From a virus: a stretch of 64,000 nucleotides of DNA. A program made the translations under genes and the position numbers. The stretch is taken from the IMG/VR virus record IMGVR_UViG_3300021170_000008, positions 32,001 through 96,000 of that record. One strand, 5' to 3'. Positions 27,878-38,300 of the stretch are shown here, in pieces. How positions within the stretch are numbered: the stretch's first letter is position 1; every line of letters starts with the position of its first letter. The notes beneath the pieces are model-generated. The model was not told where the DNA came from. It worked only from the letters and a program-made list of their open reading frames with translations, and made no database searches.

Positions 27878-28140
27878 TGGGTTGGTACGATCTGTCGATC
27901 TTGTTGAATATCGCCTGCGTGGCTGGGTTAATGGTGGTTCTGTGCTCAAGTGAAAACCGACGCAGGCTGGCTGCATGGTTACTAGCTTCGGCGCAGGCAA
28001 ACGACGAGATCCGAGCGGCTAAGCTAGCCATCATGGCCGAAGCCAAGATCAGGCGGGCCGATTTGGAGCAGCGCTTTAGATGCGGAAGTCAGTTAGAAGA
28101 ATCTGAGTCTACTGAACGTCAGTTAGCACGCCGCCAGTAA
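27877..28140 (+). CDS. small membrane-anchored protein
   Basis: N-terminal TM helix; TAATG coupling. Confidence 0.55.
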   Translation: MGWYDLSILLNIACVAGLMVVLCSSENRRRLAAWLLASAQANDEIRAAKLAIMAEAKIRRADLEQRFRCGSQLEESESTERQLARRQ

Positions 28141-28537
28141 ATACCAGCATAGTTTTTGCGACGCCTCCAACGGTAAAAGTTCCAACTATAGTTCCAGAGA
28201 AACCTCCGCCGACGGCTCCAATCGGCTGAGAGGTCTGTACGTTAGTACTGCTAGTCTGGAAAGCTCCAGACACTAGAGCCTGCCGCTGACTAGTTGGCGA
28301 GAACAGCGTTAGTCCGGAACGTAACGTCAGAACCGAATCTTTGTTGATTGGCGGGCTAGTCTGAGATGGAAGCTGAATGTCTGGGGCCGTCAGTAAGGCT
28401 GATAAGCTAACCGGCCCTGCTCCGCCAGATAGGGATATGATCTGCCCCCAGGCCCGCTGAAAATTTCTATTCAATTTTCCAAGCGTAGGATCTTTTAGAT
28501 CATCTTCGCTAATCTCTGGTAACGCTGGAGTTGACAT
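28109..28537 (-). CDS. hypothetical structural protein
   Basis: SD GGAG; C-terminal FTGGVLT fibre-like motif. Confidence 0.55.
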   Translation of the reverse strand: MSTPALPEISEDDLKDPTLGKLNRNFQRAWGQIISLSGGAGPVSLSALLTAPDIQLPSQTSPPINKDSVLTLRSGLTLFSPTSQRQALVSGAFQTSSTNVQTSQPIGAVGGGFSGTIVGTFTVGGVAKTMLVFTGGVLTDVQ

Positions 28538-28632
28538 AATTCTCCATTTCTTCTCCACCTGTAGTATAATAGGGGGCACTGGACGCTCTAACGTCCGATA
28601 CCCCCTCACCAGAGGGCCTTGATGGAGGCCAA

Positions 28633-29136
28633 ATGGCTAAGTACGATCCTAAGCCACTTCCTGCGCTAAGAGCAAAGGATATCTCAAAATTCTGGGCGAA
28701 CGTAGATCAATCCGCCGGGCCAAACGGATGCTGGCCGTGGACTGCCGGTTTATTCAAAACTGGAGGATACGGACAGATCAGGATAGGGAAAGCAAAGTAC
28801 CGCGCTCATCGCATTGGGTACATGCTTCGCTATCAGGAAGACGCCTTCCCGCTTGATGTACTTCACCGCTGCGACAACCCGCCGTGCTGCAACGGCAGAC
28901 ACCTCTACGCCGGAACCCCGTTGGATAACGCACGCGACACTATCGGTCGCGGAAGAAGGCCACGGGGGCTTCGTGGTGCAGATGTTTCTGGATCTAAACT
29001 GACCGAGTCCGACGTAATTCGCATACGGCAGCTAGCGCTTACCTTTCAGCACAAGCAAATAGCCCCGATGTTCTCCGTATCTGAATCCAATATAACGATG
29101 ATCGTAAATAGGCGAAGATGGAAACATATACCGTGA
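28633..29136 (+). CDS. HNH homing endonuclease
   Basis: CWPW, AHR..Y, VLHRCDNPPCCN..HL..GT..DN; SD inside GGCCTT/GAGGCC hairpin. Confidence 0.9.
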   Translation: MAKYDPKPLPALRAKDISKFWANVDQSAGPNGCWPWTAGLFKTGGYGQIRIGKAKYRAHRIGYMLRYQEDAFPLDVLHRCDNPPCCNGRHLYAGTPLDNARDTIGRGRRPRGLRGADVSGSKLTESDVIRIRQLALTFQHKQIAPMFSVSESNITMIVNRRRWKHIP

Positions 29137-29140
29137 ATGC

Positions 29141-30763
29141 TTACAGCAAATCACCCTGCCCACCGGACCTCATTTTTGCTACGCTAGAAAGATTCCACTT
29201 TCCAAGCCTTGGTTTGGCCACTGGCAACAGCATCTGCTGATTGATCGGCATTAAGTTGAATGCTTTGATCTGATCTTCTCCAAAACCTATGAATTCGATA
29301 CGAGAATTCGCGTAGAGCTTGAATTTGGCGCAGGGATTGGGCGGGATGAACGTAGGAGTTACAAAAAACTCTGACCCGCAGAAGTCGTTCAACATTCCAC
29401 AGGTTCCCATCATTTGGCCATTACTCCTGAAGGACATAGCAATTGAGTTTAGTTCGGCAGGTGGCGGCACGGTGCCATTGATATGGTACGGCGGGATGAG
29501 AAGTTGGTTCAGTTCGTTATCGAAAAACACCGTCGGGCCAGTCCAGCTTGTATCGCTTGCTGCCCGAGTGTAGGTAATAATCTGCTCCCAACCTTCACCG
29601 AGTGGGCCTTCGTCATCAAAAGCGTTGCGCGTGTGGCAGATCGCAACGTAATACCTAGATTCGTCGGCATTTGTAAAGAAATACGGAGGCCCCTCCTCTG
29701 AATCCTCGAAGTCATAAACGGAGTCTATAAGCTCAAACGTAAAAGATGGACCAGATGCCGAGCTAGTGATCAAAAACCAGCAATTTGGTATGACCGGCGG
29801 AGCCGGAGACCAGACTCCGGGATCTATCTCACTACAAATCGTAGGGAAAATAATTTTATTTACAGACGCAAGATACCTGGGAACGCTACTGACTGCGAAC
29901 AGCGAAAACCCAGGACCGGCTGTTCCGAGCGTGGTCGATACAAGCGTATCATCCACCAATGCTCCTGTTGAATTTATCCTGGCACAGCGAAATTGCGTAA
30001 CATCGGTAACGTTACTCTGCGGAAAAGTGTAATACACGTCAGCGGTGAAGTAGAACACCCATGAAATACCGCTTCCGTCTACGCAGGCACCGACTACATC
30101 ACCAGATAGGTTATGAATATTGGATGTGTTTTGAGGGCCAAATTGACCCTGGAAGATAGTGAGAGGCGAACTCCAAGAGCTTCCATTCCATAGGGTAGCC
30201 TTAACGTTGCTATATGAATCCCCAGCAGAGAAGCCTCCGTTTGTAAAATACTCATCATAGACAACTAGGAACGTAGTGGCGTTGATCATCGTCGCTGTGA
30301 ACCACGGAAAGACTCTATCATTCCCTAACAGGAAATGTGGAACCACTCCGTTTGAGGTTATTGGCGATCCGTACGATCCTAGTCCATTGGCAGAAAGATT
30401 GAATGGGACTATCTCTATTTCTCCTGTGTCATTGCGCTGATACACCCCAAGAGCGCGCGTGTTAGCTATATCCAAGATCCAATACACAAGCGATGACTGC
30501 GGGGCATTGAGCCTTGGAGCGTTTGCCGAGTCCAGTACCGTCCATACAACGCCGTCGGGGCTAGATGATACACCCATCACGTCATTATCGAAGTTATCCA
30601 CGTATGGGTCGATTAAATTTGAATAAAATACATAGATATAGCCACCGTACTCTATTGGCGGTACAGTGAAGTTAGCCCCCCTATAGAAACCACCATCCCA
30701 CAAGGATGGTTGCCCAAGGGATACGTGCGGGTCGAGTTGATTGACTAGATACGGTACTGGCAT
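29141..30763 (-). CDS. beta-rich putative receptor-binding protein with shared C-terminal CAKFKLY tag
   Basis: Aromatic/beta-rich, propeller-like body; tail region. Confidence 0.55.
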   Translation of the reverse strand: MPVPYLVNQLDPHVSLGQPSLWDGGFYRGANFTVPPIEYGGYIYVFYSNLIDPYVDNFDNDVMGVSSSPDGVVWTVLDSANAPRLNAPQSSLVYWILDIANTRALGVYQRNDTGEIEIVPFNLSANGLGSYGSPITSNGVVPHFLLGNDRVFPWFTATMINATTFLVVYDEYFTNGGFSAGDSYSNVKATLWNGSSWSSPLTIFQGQFGPQNTSNIHNLSGDVVGACVDGSGISWVFYFTADVYYTFPQSNVTDVTQFRCARINSTGALVDDTLVSTTLGTAGPGFSLFAVSSVPRYLASVNKIIFPTICSEIDPGVWSPAPPVIPNCWFLITSSASGPSFTFELIDSVYDFEDSEEGPPYFFTNADESRYYVAICHTRNAFDDEGPLGEGWEQIITYTRAASDTSWTGPTVFFDNELNQLLIPPYHINGTVPPPAELNSIAMSFRSNGQMMGTCGMLNDFCGSEFFVTPTFIPPNPCAKFKLYANSRIEFIGFGEDQIKAFNLMPINQQMLLPVAKPRLGKWNLSSVAKMRSGGQGDLL

Positions 30764-31032
30764 TAGGTCTTAGGGATAGCCGCTTCACACGCCGCAATAT
30801 CCTCATCGCTTATCGTGATCTTGTGATCTGCTGCCCATTTCTGAGCCTGCTCTATTGAGTCCACGAAACGGGACATATGTATTTCAGGTATAGCTAAAAT
30901 GAACTTAAGTACCGCTCCCTTTCTACTTCCTTCCGTGCTCTTGATAATTATCCCGCCACAGTGCTGCACATCTGAGCAAGGATGCCGAAACGGCACTAAT
31001 CGCGCCACCTTAACGCCTAACATCATACCCAC
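30763..31032 (-). CDS. hypothetical protein
   Basis: GTG after GGAGGG; TAATG coupling. Confidence 0.5.
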   Translation of the reverse strand: MGMMLGVKVARLVPFRHPCSDVQHCGGIIIKSTEGSRKGAVLKFILAIPEIHMSRFVDSIEQAQKWAADHKITISDEDIAACEAAIPKT

Positions 31033-31034
31033 GT

Positions 31035-31487
31035 TTACCCCTCCGTCTCTCCAGCCGCAGTTAGGTTCCACATCCCAACTCGTGGCTCCGTCACCGGTAG
31101 CATCATCTCTTCGTCAACCTGGACTAAATTAAAGGATTGGATCTGATCTTCCCCGAAACCAATAAATTCGATAATTGAACTGGAGTAAAGTTTGAACTTG
31201 GCGCATTGCGATACCGAAGTATCGTATAATACTTCGAATATATTACCAGTAGTACCAAGGAGGAATATACTGGATAGATCGTACGAGCTACCGGCGATAG
31301 GGAAAAACTGAGATCCACCACCGACTATAATAGCCCCACGGCCAGACCCTATATTGGCGTCTCCGACCCTTGTGTCCGAGTTACCGATACTGGATTGAAT
31401 CTGAATCCAGGAAGCTAATACGGAGATCGAAGATAGCGGAACTTTTTGCCCCGTAGTAGCCGTAACGTCGGATATCGATACAATCAC
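31035..31487 (-). CDS. small structural protein (paralog of 34930-35217) with CAKFKLY tag
   Basis: N-terminal ~93 aa aligns with 34930-35217; C-terminus aligns with the end of 29141-30763. Confidence 0.65.
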   Translation of the reverse strand: MIVSISDVTATTGQKVPLSSISVLASWIQIQSSIGNSDTRVGDANIGSGRGAIIVGGGSQFFPIAGSSYDLSSIFLLGTTGNIFEVLYDTSVSQCAKFKLYSSSIIEFIGFGEDQIQSFNLVQVDEEMMLPVTEPRVGMWNLTAAGETEG

Positions 31488-31499
31488 AGTAGAGGTCTT

Positions 31500-31784
31500 T
31501 CATTGCTTCGTATCTGGCTTTGCGTCCTGCTTAGATTGAGTAGGCGCAGGCGGCAGAGCTAGCGTACATACCGGTTCCTGGAATTGGTCTATTTGCAAAA
31601 CCATTCCGCGAGTCTGGCAATCCGCAATCTTTACCTTCAGGTGATCCTCACGTTCCTGCTGAGCTTTGCGGAGATTGGCCGTTAGGCGATGATATTCGCG
31701 AAGCCATTGTGCGTCAGATTTTTGCTGTGATGTTTCCGCTAGAATTAGCGTAGCTAGGCAAGCCATAGCGAGTATTATTTTCAT
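31500..31784 (-). CDS. signal-peptide coiled-coil protein with Cys pair
   Basis: MKIILAMACLATLILA signal peptide. Confidence 0.55.
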   Translation of the reverse strand: MKIILAMACLATLILAETSQQKSDAQWLREYHRLTANLRKAQQEREDHLKVKIADCQTRGMVLQIDQFQEPVCTLALPPAPTQSKQDAKPDTKQ

Positions 31785-31872
31785 GGATTTATTTTACACC
31801 ATAGCCTCTTCCCTGAATATTATCCTACGCCGATGTTCTGGCGTTTTGCAAACCCGTCTAACCTGGATAGAC

Positions 31873-32901
31873 TCATGGGGTGTTACTCGTCATCCCCTCG
31901 ATTGTGGTAACTAGCGTAGAGATAGGCATGGGGGCAATCGTCAGCTTAATGTGTGAGTGCCCCGTGACGGAAGTCCCGGCATTCGTACCTGTGTAGTATT
32001 TGTAAGTCGAGCCGTTGACCTCAAGATGCCATCCGTCGGCCAGCCCGCCCCCGTCGGTTGTCAGTTCATCAGGACTTGCAGGATAAAAGGTTTGCCCGGT
32101 GAAATAGGTACTCCTGTCTGGGTTAAGAGTCCACGGACCAGCCAGCGATGTAGCGGTCCAGCGTGCTATTCCCCAGTGTGCGACCACCTGGGCGGCCCAC
32201 ACCCAATAGTTGCTGCCGACCTTTGCAATCCACGGGCCGCTGCATCCCGGTCCGCTGATGATCAGATTACCGGAATTGACCTTGGTCCATGGGCCGGTCA
32301 GCGCCGTGGCTGTAGCCCCTCCACACTCAAAGTCCCCGCCGTTATTTCCTTCGTAGACCATCGTCCAGGTCCCGCCGTCATTGAACATGCTGGAGTTTTC
32401 AATCGCGTCCTGATCGAAGGCCCCACTCGATCCTTTTGTCAGGACGTTTGAGGCGGCTAGGGTCCACGTCAGCCCGTCGCTGTCGGGGCTTGTCAGCACG
32501 TCCATGTTATTTGTGCTAAAATTCTTGGCGAACTCGTAAAACGTCGAGCCGTTGTGAACGATGTTCCCTCGGTGGTAATTAGTGATAACCGGATTGCCCG
32601 AATACTTGGTCCAGCCCGTCATGCCATCCGCGCTTTCCGCGTATCCTATCCCGGTCGCTCCACTCCATCCATCGCCTGAATACCACATGGCAAAGCACGG
32701 GCTAGGGATAAGTTGACATCCGGTCGCTCGCTGAAGTACTCGCGGCTCCTCAATCGAAGTGTTTTCCCATGCCTGTGTTGCTGTTAGCACGGTTCCCTGC
32801 CGAACCCAAACTGGGGCAGGGGGATCAGTGGTATTAATATACCGAGAAGCACGTGTTCCCGTTGATAAAAAGAGCAGTAGCAGCAGAAGTAGAGCCTTCG
32901 T
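31873..32901 (-). CDS. five-bladed beta-propeller glycoside hydrolase-like protein (GH43/32/130-like)
   Basis: EEPRV, MWYSG, IGYAES.DG..WTK...NPVI, GPWT repeats; start codon uncertain. Confidence 0.7.
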   Translation of the reverse strand, partial: TKALLLLLLLFLSTGTRASRYINTTDPPAPVWVRQGTVLTATQAWENTSIEEPRVLQRATGCQLIPSPCFAMWYSGDGWSGATGIGYAESADGMTGWTKYSGNPVITNYHRGNIVHNGSTFYEFAKNFSTNNMDVLTSPDSDGLTWTLAASNVLTKGSSGAFDQDAIENSSMFNDGGTWTMVYEGNNGGDFECGGATATALTGPWTKVNSGNLIISGPGCSGPWIAKVGSNYWVWAAQVVAHWGIARWTATSLAGPWTLNPDRSTYFTGQTFYPASPDELTTDGGGLADGWHLEVNGSTYKYYTGTNAGTSVTGHSHIKLTIAPMPISTLVTTIEGMTSNTP

Positions 32902-34927
32902 ATTGGAATACTCCTGCGGTCGTGATGTTGAACTCGTCCACGCCCCCCGCCGCGCCGGTTCGAGTGTCATACGCAAAGGCTACTTGGACTGATGCGGGGC
33001 GATAACCACCCGGAAGAGTGGCCATTGTCGTACCCGCTGTTAGCGTCCCTAATGAAAGCAACCCACGAATGCACACGTTTCCAAAATTATCTTTTTTGAA
33101 CTGACCGACTTGATTGCCAGATCCAAAGTCACCCCAACCATTGCTATACGATAAGCCTGTCCATGTAGTATCCGGGCCGCTGATTTTGCGTAACGCTGTA
33201 CCATCATACTCAAGTACGTACACACCGCCTGCGATTATATCACTGGCAACAAGGGCTGAACCCGTCGTATTTGCCGCGATAACGCTCTTGGCTGTGAACC
33301 CGCACCAAGCCACCGTGGACGCGCCGGTATTAGAGGCCTGAGGAACAAATATAAATTGGGCTCCAGTTGTTAGCGAGGTAGGACAAAAACTAGCAGATGG
33401 GCATGTGTATGTTGTTGTAGACCCGGTAGCATCAGCACAATAGGATAAACCGCTTATACTTACGGTCCCAGTCGATCCATTCACACTCGTCACAGGAGCA
33501 GCAGTCGCGGCAAACGGCATCACGCCACCTGAGCGCTGCGTGATCGAGTTGCTCGTACTCCCCGTTGAAGTAGTTACCGTGAAGTCCACAAACAGCGAGG
33601 CAGTGAGATCGATATTACTAGATACCGCCGTGTTGGTATCGTTAAAAACGCTATCCGGAGAAGTCGAAAGAGATCCTAGGTCAACCGTCAACGGCCCGTG
33701 GATTTCAAGATTCCCAGTTGTTCCGGTTGCCGACGTATACCCAAGGAAATTCACGTTCCATGTGTTATTCGTGGAGTTGGCTAATGTGGCCGTTGAAGCA
33801 ATCGACGCGAGCGTAACCACCGTGCCGCTTCCACAGCCTGATACCGTGCAGAGCTTCACCTTGAATGTAAGAGTCGGAGTCTGCCCTATAGGTGTTGTAT
33901 AGACACCCGCGCCGTTGAACAAAAAAGGCTGACGAAGGCTATTGAAATAACCAGACCCCAGGGTAAGTTCAATCAATTGCTGCTCAGAAGTACTATTAGC
34001 CGATACGGTTACTGGGGTTACGCTGGTAACCGAAGTACCGGTAGCGCCGCTACCCGTCCCGCAAGCGGCTCCCGCGTCCGCAATGTTGAACTTCCCTCCG
34101 CTAGAAACGAGCTTAGCGCAATCGTTATTAACATAAGAAGCATCCGTTGGCAGCTTTAAGGATGCTGCCGCTGTGGCGGCACTCATATCTAACGTCATCG
34201 CTGATGTTCCGGTGTTGGTGCCCTGATTGCGAACTAAGTTCGCCGTATCAGCAAGATTTGTAGACGTAAACCCGGTGAACACTCCAGTAGATATACCAGA
34301 AGAAGGAGACCCCCACAGAAGAAAATTATTCGCGGACGGAGCCGCTCCAGGATAAAGCAGTCCATAGCTAGTTACGGAGGCTGGGGCGAGTAAACTTACC
34401 GCCGTCGTCCCAAGTACTGGTAGTGTACCTTGACCAAGGTCGAGCGCACCAGCTACGCCCGACCCAGACCCGGACGTGAGCGCCCCGGTAACAGTTAGGC
34501 TGGTGCCCGTAGCTACTCCGATTACCGGAGTTATGAGTGTCGGCGTATTATTAAATACAGCAAGTCCGGTACCGGTTGGGTTTGAAAGAATACCAAGTAG
34601 TTGCGCTGAAGTGGTCGAAGCGAACTGACTAAGTGGGTTTAATACGGATGCTGCGTTAGTTACCTGCCCTACGGTATAATCTCCGGATGTCGCAACAACC
34701 GCTCCGGTCCTAGAAAATACACTCGACACGGCTCCGCCGCCACCGGAAATAGCACCCCATGTGCCGCTCTGGCAGGTGTAGAATGTACCATTCGGAGTTA
34801 ACAAGCGAATCTGCGTGTTTCCACAAGCCCCAGATGGGGTAGCCGTCACGAATTGTATTTGTGGGTTGTTCGGCTGTGCCAATGCCACCCCGAGCAACAT
34901 AAATAGCAAAAGTGGAAGTTTTCGCAT
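32834..34927 (-). CDS. tail-fibre-like protein with Sec-type signal peptide
   Basis: VSSVFSRTGAV repeat, Thr/Gly-rich, C-terminal LPGGYRP domain; MRKLPLLLFMLLGVALA start. Confidence 0.7.
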   Translation of the reverse strand: MRKLPLLLFMLLGVALAQPNNPQIQFVTATPSGACGNTQIRLLTPNGTFYTCQSGTWGAISGGGGAVSSVFSRTGAVVATSGDYTVGQVTNAASVLNPLSQFASTTSAQLLGILSNPTGTGLAVFNNTPTLITPVIGVATGTSLTVTGALTSGSGSGVAGALDLGQGTLPVLGTTAVSLLAPASVTSYGLLYPGAAPSANNFLLWGSPSSGISTGVFTGFTSTNLADTANLVRNQGTNTGTSAMTLDMSAATAAASLKLPTDASYVNNDCAKLVSSGGKFNIADAGAACGTGSGATGTSVTSVTPVTVSANSTSEQQLIELTLGSGYFNSLRQPFLFNGAGVYTTPIGQTPTLTFKVKLCTVSGCGSGTVVTLASIASTATLANSTNNTWNVNFLGYTSATGTTGNLEIHGPLTVDLGSLSTSPDSVFNDTNTAVSSNIDLTASLFVDFTVTTSTGSTSNSITQRSGGVMPFAATAAPVTSVNGSTGTVSISGLSYCADATGSTTTYTCPSASFCPTSLTTGAQFIFVPQASNTGASTVAWCGFTAKSVIAANTTGSALVASDIIAGGVYVLEYDGTALRKISGPDTTWTGLSYSNGWGDFGSGNQVGQFKKDNFGNVCIRGLLSLGTLTAGTTMATLPGGYRPASVQVAFAYDTRTGAAGGVDEFNITTAGVFQYEGSTSAATALFINGNTCFSVY

Positions 34928-34929
34928 AG

Positions 34930-35217
34930 TTATACCGTATTGTAAATTACCTGAAACGTATCTGACGTGGTCCCTCTAATGAATATCTGCGAAAGATCAT
35001 ATTGATTAGTGGATGCCGCAGGTGGAGCAAACTGAGAACCGGATGCGGATATTATGGCCCCCCTTGTGGCCGAGATGTTGCCATCGCCGATCCTAGCCGT
35101 GGCTGAGTTATTTGAGGAAGCCTGGACCTGAACCCAATTAGCCAAAACCGAAGTGGATGAAAGAGCTACATTAGAATTAGTCGTAGCTGTAACGTCAGGC
35201 AGTGATAGGATTGCCAT
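34930..35217 (-). CDS. small structural protein
   Basis: Paralog of the N-terminus of 31035-31487; SD GGAG. Confidence 0.6.
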   Translation of the reverse strand: MAILSLPDVTATTNSNVALSSTSVLANWVQVQASSNNSATARIGDGNISATRGAIISASGSQFAPPAASTNQYDLSQIFIRGTTSDTFQVIYNTV

Positions 35218-35378
35218 CTGCATCTCCAATATAGACAGGTATTCATAAATACTCCCGCCGTCTTGGGCATTAGCCCTTCGTTAAGTATTATCGGATCAGG
35301 ATGTTTGCTGACATGCTGTCGGCGTACCGGTACGCTTAGCGGTAGGACATGGAGACATATCGGGCCGATCTCAATTTA

Positions 35379-38300
35379 TCAAGAAGTAGCCGATCCTGGG
35401 TCTGGACAAGGAGTGGAAAGCTGGAACCTATAGTTCCTGCTTTTGTTTAACACTCCGTCTAGCTTGGCTGGGAAATAGAATCTCTCAGTGTCGCGATTTG
35501 CGTGAGCTGGAAGTACTAATTGATAAAACTCAACTGCGTTCTCCACGTAGAACGTCACGGTAAGCGGGCCAGAAGACCAGTATGTCAACCAACACTCTTT
35601 GAGAGCCTTCCACCCCGGATATCCCATATTTGTCTCAAAGCTATCATACCAGACGAGTTCCGCAGGCTCTGGTATGTAATCCAACCCGGTAGTAAAAACC
35701 TGAGCCTTTCCGCCGTTCCCAGGTGTCAGGACGATCCTCCACAGCCTACCAACAAGTAGCCTAGGGTCCTGCTCAGAGTTCAACCCAATTATCCTCTCCC
35801 TGTCGTTGAAGTTAGTGGTAACCGTGATGGTCTTCCTGGTTGTCCCATCTGCCTGGATCTGAATAGTACACGGTACCCCGGCAGTGTCTATATTCATAAC
35901 AAGATTACGCGCTACTTTCTCGTAAGGATGTCCGAGATCTGACCACTCTGTCCAAAAGAGCACGTCCGGTGGATACTTCTCGAAAGAGATTTTATACTTC
36001 CTAACGATCTGAGCATTCGCGTCGAGTGTCGTCGGCCTCAGCCTGATCTTCTTAACAATTGTTCCATCGTTGATCGGAAAAGTCACTTGCGTCCAGCTTG
36101 GACCCGTGAACGTCCCCGTAAGCGGCTCTAGGGTGAAGCTCTGGACACCCTGCGTTACGACCTGAGAGTTGGTAATTCCCGTGATTGTATCCATCGTCCA
36201 GGTATGCGGCGTAGATTTCATGTCATACCAGATTGATATTTCGTAGAGCCTTTTATCGTCCGGAGTACCTAGGTCGTCCCAATCGAAAGCTCGGCCAACC
36301 TGAATTTGGTCCAGCGAGAATACATTGAACGTATTCGTATAGAAGTTTACGTTCGTTGTCGTTGTTCCAGAGAACCGCATCTGGATCGCATAGGCTTCTT
36401 TGCCGAAGCCGTTCTGGAAACGCTGAGGGATTCGTCTGCGGCCTTGCGCTGCACCGGCAGCCAGCGTCACGGAGTCCGTTGGGTCCGGAGTTAAGGAATA
36501 GTCGTATGTCACCTGGACATTGATCGCTCCGCCGTCGTTGTTTGTCTCCAGAACGTAATCCGCGAACTGTTTATTTATGGATGGCTGACCGGCAGTGTAG
36601 GCCGCTGATTCGAAAGCATAGGCAATGCCAGCCCCGTCGCTATAAGCATTTATCCATCCCTCTGATGTCCCAACGTCGTCAAAATATAAATTAGCCGTCG
36701 TGTTCGGTGTAAGGGTGACCGACTTAGCGATCAGTGTGTTACTTTCTACCGTCTGAGAGCTATTGATGTCGTACCGAAAACCGTCATCCTGTTCGGCATA
36801 TTGAGCGGTTACAGCTACGCCACCTACTGGGTTGTGTGGGTCCAGATCTCCGATATCCTCCATCGACCAGCGGTCGTAGAGCATGTCATAGCGAAGACGA
36901 TGATAAGATCCAGAGATGCCCGCGTAAACCATGTAGATACGCTGCTTGGAGTACATCATCGTGATGATGTCCTTGGGCGCGATTTCGGGCAGGGAGATCT
37001 GAACGGTACCGCTGGCTCCTGAGCCTCCTGGCTCAATAAAAGAAACAAGCGGTGTAGAGGTATATCCAGACCCACCGTTAGTGATCGTTACTGATGTCAC
37101 CTGACCACCGCTTACAGTAGCTGTTGCTGTCGCCCCAGACCCACCCCCACCGGAGAAAACTACCTGCGGGGCAAATCCATAGAACGACCCGCCGCTGGTA
37201 ATCGTGACTCCTGTGATAGCCCCAGGGTTATTGCTGTTGCCGGTGAGATCGATTGGCTCGTAAGGGCCTATGGTGTATCCATGAAACAGCGGATCGATAG
37301 CTTCGCTGCGCTTAACTGCTCGGCCACCAGACCAGGAATAGATGCCGTCGTAGCCTAAATACCAGATCTCATTTTGAGCCCGGCACCACGCCATACTACC
37401 GTAGAGACCACGCTCAGCTAGTGTTTCTACCGGGGATTGCATCTGTCCCTCAAAAACAGCGACAAGATACAACTTCTCCAGATTCATACAGAGTATTTCA
37501 CCGTTGAACTCGGTGATGTTCATGATCGCGTTTGACGGAGATCCTACGTTGATCTGGTCAAAAACACCGGTATTGAACTCTTCAACTGGGAATGCTTCCG
37601 GCCTGCCGTTTTTAGATTTGTACAGAACATGCGGGTTATTTTGGTCACCGGCGCAGAATACGGCATCAAAGGCCGCTACCGTAAATCTTGCTGGCTGAGC
37701 GCAGACGGCATCGCATGACACAAACACTGATGTCCCGAGAGTGGCCGCATCGGTATGATCGTATTGGAAATATGCAGTGATCGTCACCGGGCTCACCGCG
37801 ATTACATATGCCGTTTCCTGTTTTGAGGTGTTCGGGGCAATCGTCAGTGTAGATCCAACCCTCAAGAAAGATGTCAAATCCGTTGTCGATAGACCAGATA
37901 TTATGTTTACCTTAAAGGCATTGACCCCAATCTTGCCAGTACCTGCCGTATAGGAAACAAACGATGCAGTCAGGGGCGTCGGCAGGGTACTCAAAACAGG
38001 CGGATCGTTGTCGAAGGAAATAATCGGAGCATTGATAATCGAAGCATCCGACTGACTATCCACAAACGTGACGACCTGTGGTATCTGGTTGATGTCTACG
38101 CTGTTGATGGCATACCCCAGAAACCTATATAGGCCGTCAGAGAAGGCACCGCCGCTGCGATAGACAGCGATAGCGGCATTGTTGGTCGTCGGCGCAGATG
38201 GGTTAGCGGGCGCTCCTGAAATCTGGTTATCCGAACTGGAGATGAGCGTCAGCTTTACGCGCTGCCTGAGTGGAGTAACGGTATTCGTATCGAGCATGAG

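Noticed and set aside
29141-31205. DGR or shufflon explaining the duplicated C-terminal tag
   Set aside because: No reverse transcriptase or invertase; the copies are in the same orientation and differ at all base types.
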